Shown piece by piece: positions 36,373 to 45,013 of a DNA stretch of 45,013 bases; the stretch's first letter is position 1, and the number at the start of each line of letters is the position of its first letter. The translations under genes were made by a program, and so were the position numbers. Location of the stretch: positions 161,104-206,116 of the forward strand of contig CBCSLL010000017.1 of assembly GCA_965140935.1 (NCBI GenBank). Reading direction: 5' to 3'. This DNA is from Rotaria magnacalcarata. Its lineage: Eukaryota. A model generated the notes under the pieces. It ran no database searches. It was given only the letters and a program-made list of their open reading frames with translations, and was not told the DNA's origin.

Positions 36373-36976
36373 TTTCTTTTGCTCACTATTTTGACTACTG
36401 TAGACGTTTGAAAGAATGAAATGTAAGTAAAAAAATAACCTGAGTATTTAAACACAAATGTCTGAAGCAAGAGAAAGAAATAACGTTGCACAAGTTAGAA
36501 GAAAGAAAAGCAAATAAACGTGACAGTATATTGATTCATGTTTAGCAAAAAAAAGGCAAATTGATAGCTGATGGTGTAAGAACAACTCGAATACTTGCAA
36601 AATCTTTTTTTTTCTTTCATGTTATTGCAAAAGCAGATAAATTTCACATGTGGATAAAGAACAGCGACTGCACAGCAAATTTATCTATAGTCGCGCCATC
36701 TATGCCAATGAAATGTAGATCGAAAAGAAATTTCTATATAGAAAATCAAATTAAAAAGAATTCAATATTGAAAAAAAATATTAAAAACCAGTTAAAAATG
36801 AAAGAGCTTCAGTAATAAACTTTGAGGACATTCGCTTAGCGACATGAATAATGTGGTGCCTTGTTCTACTCATCCAGTCAGCGGTAACCGCAAAAAATGA
36901 AACTATTAAGTCATAATCTCTTGATATTTTAGAGTAAAAAAATGTTCTTCGATAACTGACTCTTATTCAAACAATC

Positions 36977-37134
36977 ATGCGCGTTGATCCAATATCTAAA
37001 ATAACATCTGATGTTCAATGTGATTTCAGTTCTAAATATGATGATCATTGTCGTCAATATCATTTATTGCCTTTGTCAAGTGTAAAAATCAAACTCGATG
37101 CTGGAATTATTGATTTAGATACAGATAGTCTTCG
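36977..37134 (+). CDS. CEP78: CEP78 exon 1 (ATG 36977)
   Basis: …KYDDHCRQYHLLPLSSVKIKLDAGIIDLDTDSL parallels human CEP78 [33 protein letters not shown]. Donor TTCG|gtatgc. Confidence 0.8.
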
Positions 37135-37185
37135 GTATGCATCGTAAAATGTTTTCTTTTCTTCGCATAAAACCATTTCACTTAG

Positions 37186-37295
37186 ATTTGATGATTGGAC
37201 ACCATTGTGTTCGGCTATTGGTACATGTAAAACACTTCGTTCTCTTACATTACGTAGCCAATACTATAATTCATTGTCGAACAATTTTGCCGAAG
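37186..37295 (+). CDS. CEP78: CEP78 exon 2 (RFDDWTPLCSAIGTCKTLRSLTLRSQYY…)
   Basis: Human RGVDWAPLLSTL. Acceptor cacttag| at 37184-85, donor GAAG|gtttta. Confidence 0.75.
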
Positions 37296-37354
37296 GTTTT
37301 ACTTTTATAAAAAAAAATAAATTGACATATTTTTAATTCATTTCATTTATTTAG

Positions 37355-37539
37355 CTGAACGGCGAACATTAAAACGAGCTTCATCAGCTTCCAAACGTCC
37401 ACCAATATTTCAATCAAAAGAATTATTGTCAAAAATCTGTACACATATCAAGGACAGTTTATTGATAACAACAGAACTTGTTTTATTGGAATTCGATGGT
37501 CTTCCATTTCGACGTAAAGATCTAACCACATTAGCGCAG
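37355..37539 (+). CDS. CEP78: CEP78 exon 3 (…LVLLEFDGLPFRRKDLTTLAQ)
   Basis: Human …LELNGLILRERDLTILAK. Acceptor catttatttag|, donor GCGCAG|gtatag. Confidence 0.8.
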
Positions 37540-37590
37540 GTATAGAGAAATTAAAAGTTATTGTTTATCTTCAATTCTGATGGTTTTCAG

Positions 37591-37663
37591 GGAATTGCCA
37601 AATGTAAATCACTCGTTCATTTTCGTCTTACGAATAGTCCAATTGGCGATGAAGGACTTGATA
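37591..37663 (+). CDS. CEP78: CEP78 exon 4 (GIAKCKSLVHFRLTNSPIGDEGLD; LRR)
   Basis: Human [24 protein letters not shown]. Acceptor ggttttcag|, donor GATA|gtaaga. Confidence 0.85.
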
Positions 37664-37716
37664 GTAAGACGATTTGCTTTGTTAAAAACAAAAATGAAAA
37701 CCTATCTTTCTTTTAG

Positions 37717-37820
37717 TCCTTTGCCGACATTTGAATCAAGCACCAAAAATTCGTGAAGTCGATTTTTCAGCTTGCTCGCTCACCAGCCAAGGTGCACACA
37801 TTATTGCTGATCTTATCAGA
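37717..37820 (+). CDS. CEP78: CEP78 exon 5 (ILCRHLNQAPKIREVDFSACSLTSQGAHIIADLIR; LRR)
   Basis: Human [34 protein letters not shown]. Acceptor ctttcttttag|, donor ATCAGA|gtaagt. Confidence 0.85.
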
Positions 37821-38398
37821 GTAAGTTCATAGTTTAAAGAGCAAAATTTTTTATTGTAGTTACAAAAGTTCATACGAGATAAGCGAATAGACTTATGTAA
37901 TAAACCGAAGAAAAATAAAACACAGTACTGAATAAAGTTACATCGATTGACATAAATACTGATGTTAACAAATAATATTGATTGATTGTTATTAAAAATT
38001 TTCAAGTTCCAATGTATTATATTCTAATGTTGTTACATCAGTTTCACTGACAATATCTTCTTCATCGAAAAATCTTGTATGTAGTGGTTGAAAAAATAAC
38101 AGAAAGATAATCATCAATATAAGCATTGCAATAAATAAAAAACTAATTATAGCAGTTAAATGACCATATGACACGAAGAATTCTCCAGGAAAAAACGACG
38201 TCGTTTGATTATTCATTTTCGCGACTGAAAAAAACAAAGTACCCCATAGAACTGACTTGTAAGAGGAATCTACTACTATGGCAAAGAACGGAATTTTTCT
38301 TCTCGCTCGCGTGTTCAGTATATTTCATGACTTAGAAGAAACAGAATTATAAAATCATATGCAATGAACTATAAACAACTGGCGTTTGCTTTTTGTAG

Positions 38399-38597
38399 CA
38401 ACAAGGCAATCGACGTCATACAGATGTTTGGAAAGAAAGTCTTCGTCATCAACAAAAAGAAAGTTTACCATATCAAAATCCAATGCTTGATCATATGTCT
38501 GGTTTACGACGTGTAACACTCAATCGAAATTCATTGATTGCTGATCGCGGTGCAACATTTCTAGCTGAAGTACTAGAAGCCGATCTTTGGATTAAGG
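38399..38597 (+). CDS. CEP78: CEP78 exon 6 (…DVWKESLRHQQ…MSGLRRVTLNRNSLIADRGATFLAEVLEADLWIK)
   Basis: Human [50 protein letters not shown]. Acceptor ctttttgtag|, donor AAGG|gtaact. Confidence 0.85.
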
Positions 38598-39033
38598 GTA
38601 ACTATTTATTCGACGATAAATAATTTAATTATTTTGAAATTTCAATTCCGCCGAGATCTTATTTTGTTTTTATTAGAAAGCAAAATAAATTTGATGAAAG
38701 AATACAGTTTTCAAAAATTATTTATCTATTTTTTAAATCACAGTTGCTTATAGTTAAAAGAGATTAGTTCTTTTCTTTCATTCCTTTAATAGAATTAATC
38801 GGAAGTAGCTTTTTAGTTTCGACGAATGCTCTCAAAATTGATGAGATGACATACAATCATGTCATTCAGTGCAATGATTAAGCAGGAAATAGAATGTTTT
38901 CTTCTCTTTATTTTCCTTACGATATATTCGTAGTATCGTCCAAAAATTAATTAAATATTTGATTATGAAAACAAAAATTTCTCGATATGCTTTTGATCTA
39001 AGATAATAAGCGAATATTGGTTTTCTTTTTCAG

Positions 39034-39215
39034 CACTCGATCTTCAAGATTGCGCTATATCAACAAATGGTGCAAAAGAATTTTTAAATGCAGCTAAATA
39101 CAATAGTCTGATACATATCATTGATATTCGTAATAATCCTCTTGTCGATCGTGATATCATGGAGAAATTAATTGAACAATTGTTAATTAATTGTGAAGAC
39201 GATCGTTTGTGTGAA
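39034..39215 (+). CDS. CEP78: CEP78 exon 7 (ALDLQDCAISTNGAKEFLNAAKYNSLIHIIDIRNNPLVDRDIMEKLIEQLL…)
   Basis: Human [51 protein letters not shown]. Acceptor ttttctttttcag|, donor TGTGAA|gtttgt. Confidence 0.85.
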
Positions 39216-39268
39216 GTTTGTATTCGATTAAAGATAAAATAAGAATTCATTGCCTTGTTAAAATTTAG

Positions 39269-39483
39269 TATAAATGGTTAAAACTTGAATCTCCTCGACG
39301 GCCGCGTTCAAAAATTGCTCGAACAACGACAACAACTGGTGCTAATCGACCAGCTTATTTCAATCCCAAAACACCTGTTGATCCAGCTAAGTTACAACGA
39401 AGTAAATCCACCGGGTCTGTTTCAACTGAACCCAGAAGTGATGGAATACCATGGAGAACAGCTGCACGTGCAAGTCGATTACC
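39269..39483 (+). CDS. CEP78: CEP78 exon 8 (YKWLKLESPRRPRSKIARTTTT…DGIPWRTAARASRLP)
   Basis: Human [23 protein letters not shown]…GFLPWRTAERAKRHRG. Acceptor aaatttag|, donor TTACC|gtatgt. Confidence 0.8.
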
Positions 39484-39738
39484 GTATGTTTATATGTACA
39501 TAAAAAAAACAAATTCATTCTAAAAGGAAAGCATGACTAAGCACCTATCGAATTGATATCATTTTTACTTGTATATCAATATCCAAACTATTTCCTCATT
39601 TACATATTTTAAGAGTTGAACATGGATTATGGAAAGAGTCTTGAATATAAATTACTTGAATCGTTTGACAGATATAGCGGTTTTCTTTGTCTATCTATAA
39701 AGTGTTCATTTATTTGAGAGTCTCTTTGTTTCTCTTAG

Positions 39739-39850
39739 GGGATTTCCGCCCAAATTACCAACACGTGGTTTTCATTCATCAGAAGAATCGATTTATGGCA
39801 ATGGTATTGGTGGCGATTTGCAACAGCAACAATTGAAAGAAAATCCAATT
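39739..39850 (+). CDS. CEP78: CEP78 exon 9 (GFPPKLPTRGF…)
   Basis: Acceptor tctcttag|, donor CCAATT|gtacgt. Human GFPLIKTRD. Confidence 0.75.
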
Positions 39851-39904
39851 GTACGTTGCTTGAAAAAATCTGTTCGAAATTAGAGACATAGTTGATTGTT
39901 TTAG

Positions 39905-39982
39905 AGTCGAATTCAACGATTAGAAAGTAAATTACGCGAAGAGCGGCAAGCTAAACGACAATTAGAAGAACAACTTCAACAA
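39905..39982 (+). CDS. CEP78: CEP78 exon 10 (coiled coil SRIQRLESKLREERQAKRQLEEQLQQ)
   Basis: Acceptor gattgttttag|, donor CAACAA|gtaaaa. Confidence 0.75.
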
Positions 39983-40036
39983 GTAAAAGAAATGTTCTAC
40001 TTCGTATTATTAATGTTTTATCTATTTATTAATTAG

Positions 40037-40146
40037 GTTTTATCAAAAAATGATCTAGCACAACGAGAACAGGATCATTTTTGTGCAGTAGTAGAAAATA
40101 CATTTCAGAAATTTCAAAAATTTCTAGATTTTCTTAGATCAAAGCG
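40037..40146 (+). CDS. CEP78: CEP78 exon 11 (…VVENTFQKFQKFLDFL…)
   Basis: Human SIENSFQKFHAFLDLL. Acceptor ttaattag|, donor AAGCG|gtacat. Confidence 0.75.
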
Positions 40147-40201
40147 GTACATTTCTTTTTTTTTCAAAATTGATTTGAAAGAAAAATCCTTCTATTTACA
40201 G

Positions 40202-40406
40202 ATTGGGTGAATTAATAACAATGGCTGGCCTTGATGATGCATTTACTAATCCACTTGAAGAACGTCGTGAAACACCATTAAACGTTGCCAATGGATCGAA
40301 TACAAATCATCAAACGGTAGTTGCAGAAAAACATGATGAACGATTACAATCATCATCATCCTCATCATCAATATCAGGATCCATAGATACGAATATAAAA
40401 AGTTAA
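40202..40406 (+). CDS. CEP78: CEP78 exon 12, terminal (RLGELITMAGLDDAF… stop TAA 40404-06)
   Basis: Human LGQLATMAGIDQSDF. Acceptor ctatttacag|. The 12-exon model is 1731 nt, i.e. 576 aa. Confidence 0.8.
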
Positions 40407-40509
40407 TTTTGATTCTTTTGCTTTCCATTGCTCAACGATGCTCAACTGTTCGCTTTCGTTCTACACATAGCATCTCTTTATTAGTTCTGAATGTAATTTT
40501 GTTTCTTTT

Positions 40510-40537
40510 GTGTGAGTGTGCGTGCGTGTGTGTGTTT
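40510..40537. repeat. (TG/CG)n purine-pyrimidine alternating microsatellite
   Basis: tgtgtgagtgtgcgtgcgtgtgtgtgtg; alternating purine-pyrimidine runs of this kind have Z-DNA-forming potential. Confidence 0.8.
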
Positions 40538-41410
40538 GCTCGTTTCATATTTGGACAGTTTTGCTAATATTCTTGTTTGTTGTTTTTTTCTACTTCGAGT
40601 ACACGTCGTCATTCGATGACAAAGCGAACCGAAGAATGCTTTACTCAGTGAACGAATGTATAAAAAAAAAAGGAGAGATGCATATTAGATTATGTTCATT
40701 AAATATTTGGTTATTTTTCATAATAAATAATAATGTAGAATGGTTGAAAAAAATTCATCTCCATTTACAAAGTGAGTAGAATTACGACAATGTTTGACAA
40801 ATGTTCCAGTTGCGACAATCCCCATCCAGGAAACTAGAATATAACAATAGCTTCTTAATGACTTTACCATTCATAAAAGTCGTAGTAATTATTTTTCATC
40901 ATATCATATTCGTGTTCGCAATCAATTACAGAATTCAGAGACCAGGAATTTCTACTGTCAGTCTTACGGTACGCATCTGTCGTTTGCTCACAAGTACAAT
41001 TTCATTTCTTTTAGTACATTATCTCATTGCGATAGTTTTCTGAATGGTTAATATATTTTTCTTTAATTGTGAATAATAAAGCGTAGGCTAATTTTTAGAA
41101 ATGCAATAGTTCCAAGCGGACTAAAAAAGAATGCATATGCTAGATGTAACAAGCATTTGAAAATGTGAAACATATTTTTCGTAGGTTCTGTTGCGATTTC
41201 GGGCCCATGGACAGGCACTGAATTCCAAACACTGCGAAGTTTCGAGTAAACGAAAAGCAGATACAAATGGTGAAGTTGAATTTTGATTTCGTAAAATTTT
41301 TTCAAACATAGATTTTTATTCAAAATAGATTTTCCTTAATTTTCTAAAAGGTCTTTAACATTAAATGATGAAAAAATAAGAAGTGAGACCGAAATCTACA
41401 AGCGTTTTTC

Positions 41411-42225
41411 CTAGTGGCGTAACCAGAAAATTTTTGTAGGGGGGGGGGGGGGGGCATCCCCCCCGTTTTTAGAAAATGGAGTATTCTAACTATGGTTTTC
41501 CATCGTACCAGTTTGCCACGAATGATTTGTTTTCATGATTTTTTGGATATGAGCTGAGTTTAGGTTGAGCAGGTCGATCTTGGCATGAAATACTAACATC
41601 AATAGCATCACCAATTGTTTTATTATTGTTTTTTTCTGCATGTTGTATATTTTTCTGATTTTCCATATTGATGCTTTGAGACGACGTTATTCATGGTGTT
41701 TCAATAGGTTCATCAATATCAATAGTAACACGAGATGTATGTGAGTCGCGTGACTGTATAATAGCATTTTCATTATTAGCGTCATTTGTCTGTTCGTGAA
41801 GAGATTTACTCTTTTATTCAGTAGATAAAGAAAAAGAAAAATCAAGAGTTTTTCCTTTGCCATCGTCCATTATAGCCAAGGCTTTGCGTCGTGTACCGAT
41901 GAACAAGATTAACTCGAAATCGAAATGTGTGTGTAAAAGTATTTATACTTCACAGAACGCAATTAAATTAAATGTTCTTGTCTCTATTCGCTTTTTTAAG
42001 ATATGCATTGCTCTGATTTTACACTAATTGGTGTATATTTATGTATTATTATACACGTTAAAAAGTTCAAAGAACACACAAATATTGACTATCACCTTTT
42101 ATCATATTAAATTGGCATAGTGCACCGAATAATTTGTTCTCAAAATGATTGATTCATCTATGATTACAATGAAACGCTAAACTTTTCCTAGAGGGGGCTG
42201 AGCCCCGCTCTGGTTACGCCCCTAG
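41411..42225. mobile_element. 815-bp non-autonomous TIR element (MITE-like); 16-bp TIRs CTAGTGGCGTAACCAG / CTGGTTACGCCCCTAG
   Basis: The termini are reverse complements at 15 of 16 positions. Inside the left TIR: AAAATTTTTGTAG + G16 + CAT + C7. Inside the right end: a GC-rich segment GGGGGCTGAGCCCCGCTCTGG. No ORF lies between the TIRs. Confidence 0.6.
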
Positions 42226-43596
42226 TTTTTCCACTGATTTAGTTGTTTGAATCGTTGAAAAGATTAATAAGGATTGATTTTATGCTTTATCGTGTAAATT
42301 AATTATTTATCAAATAAGTTCTTTATTTCGTACTTGAAACTCGATAAAAAAAAGCCTTTTCTTTAGTTAGAGATGTCCAAAGTGTATTTTTCTTATTTTA
42401 TTTTGTAACTTATTGTGCATTTAAAAAAATGGCAATCTTCAAACTACTAATTAAGTCACCTATGTTTCAATCTCCTTATTGCTGCTCATTCGATAGATTT
42501 TGAAGATCGAATATGAAGCATCGATACGAAAAAAATCCTTTTCATCTTGATATCCTCGGGAAGACCCGTTAGACTGGTCGAAAGCTTTGCGTTTTACTGA
42601 CTTGTCGTCGAGCCATCTACGTATCAAAAATTAACAATTCAAGGAATCGGTTTTGAATGTTGATGCCCACGATACCCTCAAATCGGTGGGTCAAAATTGA
42701 AATGTCTATCGGAGAAGGGTCACTTGGTTGGTCATCGCTCATGGCTAAAGAGTAAAAGTAAATACTGATAAAATTTAAGTTTCTCACTCTCTAATCTTAC
42801 ACTACCTTGAAATCCCTCTCTCTATTTAATATAAGATCCAAAGCAAACCTTTTTCTCTCAATTGTTATCGTTTAGTCCTCAAATAGAATTTGAATGAAAA
42901 AACATTTAGAATGTGAATACAGTATAGTAAAGCTTGTGATTCTCGTGAATGGATTCATTTTTATCAAAGTAAATTGATGAAACGACTGTGATTGTAGGCG
43001 TAGGTGGCTAAACAAGTGGTGCAATTAATTGACATCAAAAGTGTTTTTATTTTTATTTGCTGCTACAATGTGTGTTCATAAATTTTTCCACATAATATTT
43101 CAAAATAACTCGTTTCATTAGTCTGCTCAAGAAAAATATATAGTGCTTAGAATAAGCCAATTATATTCTACATCATCTCGTTCCACTTTTATTTTTGCCC
43201 AAACGAAAGTTCATTTCGTTTTCTATTTTAGACATATATAATTTTCCTTACGAAAAATTTGTTCAGAAAATTTGGAACATGGATCGTTTTGAGATCTTGT
43301 CTATTTTTCTATACTGGATGGGTATTGTGGGTAAGTTTTATCGATAGGAATGATTTTCTCAAAAAACATATCCAGTTCTTTTTTTCTTAAACGTGAATCA
43401 CATATTCCCAGCGCAGTCGCGTAGCATAAAATTTTGATTTTTTTAGAAAAGACTACAGGGTATGAGTAAAGCGAAAATAAGAACCACACGTCAAGATTCG
43501 CTATAGTTAAAGATAGTTAAATAGGTTTTTCTTTACAATCGAATACATTTTTTTAAATAGTCACTACAGAAATCGATGTAACACTCGTCAAAAACA

Positions 43597-45013
43597 ATGC
43601 TACAGGTATTAATTGTAAAGGATTTAAAAAAAGGTTTTGTTTTATTCAAGATTCATTTAGTTACTGTCGCAACAACAAGTCTATGTGAGGTTTCTAATCA
43701 ATTCATGTGTATGGAAAGCGGCCGATGCATTGATAAAGAAAAGGTATGTGATACCAAAATTGAATGTAGATTTAATATCCAATCACACCCACGTCATAAT
43801 TTTATTTGAAAAAAACCATCAGTCGACAATCTAAAGAGATTTCTATTTAAGGTATGCGACTCTATTGTTGATTGCCAAAATGGTGATGATGAACGTTCAT
43901 GTAGTAGTTGTACATTTGATGGCGCACCAAGTTCTTTACGTGGTTGGATTGATGTTAGTAAAGGTTCACTCATGTGGAAACTTCGTACAAACGGAGTATT
44001 AGCCGCAGCTAATCAAGGGTCACCATTTGATCATACATCATATAGTCCTACAGGGAATTATATGTATTTATCAACATCGAATGGAACGACTTTAAATTCA
44101 TCAGCACGCTAAATAACACCTGTTCTTAGCCAAGCAAGTTCAACATGTCTTCTAGAATTTTTGGATTCACTTAACTGGCATTTCATCAAATCAATTGAAT
44201 GTTTTGTTATTAACTGATCATCAAACTGAACGAGCAATATTGCAACAATTTCATTTTCAAGCAATGACCAATTGGACAAACGTAAATATTCTAATTGATC
44301 GTGTTGATGTACCATTTCAAATATGATTTGATTCAAAACATTCAACAACACTTCGATGGGTTGCTATTAACGATACGAAAATCTCTCGTTGTCATTTACC
44401 TCCGATTGTTAATGCAAGTGAATGCCAAGCAGCAGATCGATTTCACTGTGCATGTGGTTCCTGTATACCTAAAGTTCGTATTTGTGATACGACTGATGAT
44501 CGTGGCGATCATTCCGATGAATCAAGTCGTCTATGTGCATCGTATCAAACATATACATTTAATATATCATGCTGTGATTGGATACATGATAATTCAGCAC
44601 AATTTAAATGGGCATTAAATCGAGGACCATCGCCATCGCATGAAACTGGCGTATGTCGATTTCTATTTGAATATGAATTTCATCAATTTAAATGATCGTG
44701 TTTTTTGTTCTCTTTTCACTTCTAGCCGAATCGTGATCATTCAACTGGTTATGCACCGGGTCAATATGCTTTTATTGTAGCATCATTTCCTCAATTACCA
44801 GGGCATACAGCACGTTTAATTAGTCGAGCATTCCAACCGAGAAAACATCAAGTTGTCATCTGGTATTCTATTGTCATATGTTAGGCGCAGACAGGGGCGT
44901 AAGTCAGGTCTCAGAGCAGGGGGGGGGGGGGGCGTAACTCCAGGGGGGGCGCGAGCAACCAAAGATGGGGGGGGGGTCTTTACAAATTTTACTTTAAAAA
45001 TTTTTTGAAAGGG
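43597..45013 (+). pseudogene. LDL-receptor class A / MAM-domain repeat gene (MALRD1 / apical-endosomal-glycoprotein-like), with a disrupted reading frame. Continues past the window end
   Basis: LDLa modules: CEVSNQFMCMESGRCIDKEKVCDTKIEC…VCDSIVDCQNGDDERSC and ECQAADRFHCACGSCIPKVRICDTTDDRGDHSDESSRLC. MAM-like segments: FDGAPSSLRGWIDV…PFDHTSYSPTGNYMYL… and …WTNVNILIDRVDVPFQI… However, an in-frame TAA at 44110, a frameshift near 44215, a TGA near 44331 and another TGA near 44694 interrupt what should be continuous MAM domains. I found no GT…AG introns that bypass them. Confidence 0.45.
44895..45013. repeat. Second partial copy of the poly-G-associated terminus family (GGCGTAA[GC]T[C]CAG next to G14, G7, G10 and AAAATTTTTT)
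   Basis: ggggcgtaagtcagg…G14…gcgtaactccag G7…G10 tctttacaaattttactttaaaaatttttt. Compare the left terminus of the 41411 element (GGCGTAACCAG AAAATTTTTGTAG G16). It runs off the window. Confidence 0.5.

Noticed and set aside
34801-36491. The ORFs 34801-35079 (+, PRPPRSAPRPPR…), 34832-35023 (-), 35756-36091 (+), 36197-36394 (+) and 36126-36491 (-) as genes.
   Set aside because: They are alternate-frame or antisense read-throughs of the 21-bp coding minisatellite and the low-complexity TEP1 exon 1. Repeats keep all frames open.
37736-38005. Minus-strand ORF MKIFNNNQSILFVN… as a gene.
   Set aside because: It overlaps CEP78 exon 5 antisense (37717-37820), and the rest is AT-rich intron. It looks like an artefact, unlike the adjacent 37992-38237 TM ORF, which I kept as a low-confidence finding.
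44100-44700. Stop-codon reassignment (TGA or TAA decoded) to rescue the LDLa–MAM reading frame.
   Set aside because: LIS1 and CEP78 end on conserved C-termini followed by TAA (as do the kinase and gene X), and the Kir, TEP1-like and tetraspan genes end on TGA. A frameshift is also required, so pseudogenisation or sequence error is simpler.

Overview
This window is AT-rich (roughly 70% AT) eukaryotic nuclear DNA from a compact metazoan genome. Introns are mostly 47-75 nt, with GTAAGT/GTATGT/GTAAAA donors and TTTTAG/TTTCAG acceptors. Microsatellites are abundant: (TA)n, (GAAA)n, (GA)n and isolated poly-G runs. It is not prokaryotic: every long coding region is split by canonical, phase-consistent introns. 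I reconstructed the gene models by hand from the six-frame ORF track plus splice signals and could not run any homology search.

Genes in order:
- (i) The 3' end of an unidentified + strand gene (exons 210-552 and 1844-2376).
- (ii) A Fes/Fer-type non-receptor tyrosine kinase (F-BAR / coiled coil / SH2 / kinase; + strand, 8830-13300; about 15 exons, about 793 aa).
- (iii) A LIS1/PAFAH1B1 orthologue (- strand, 17296-15157; 12 exons, 409 aa; convergent with the kinase).
- (iv) A four-TM LHFPL/PMP22-like tetraspan gene (- strand, 19372-18420; 3 exons).
- (v) An inward-rectifier K+ channel (Kir; + strand, 22826-24098; 3 exons; TIGYG filter).
- (vi) An intronless coiled-coil orphan ORF (- strand, 26192-26776).
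- (vii) A TEP1-like giant gene (- strand, 36372-27631; TROVE + NACHT P-loop + WD40 array; about 2788 aa in 7 exons). The two large ORFs in the track (941 aa and 1025 aa) are joined by a 59-nt phase-1 intron. An RGG coding minisatellite is inserted in the TROVE region.
- (viii) A CEP78 orthologue (+ strand, 36977-40406; 12 exons, 576 aa). Its start is about 600 bp from the TEP1 start, so the two are divergently arranged.
- (ix) Downstream (40.5-45 kb) a repeat-rich stretch holding an 815-bp TIR-flanked MITE-like element with internal poly-G/poly-C, a second related terminus at the window end, and an LDLa-MAM repeat gene whose frame is broken by stops and shifts (likely a pseudogene, or assembly errors).

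Other structures: a 370-bp foldback/inverted-repeat element at 5250-5620, and four or more long poly-G tracts in otherwise AT-rich DNA.
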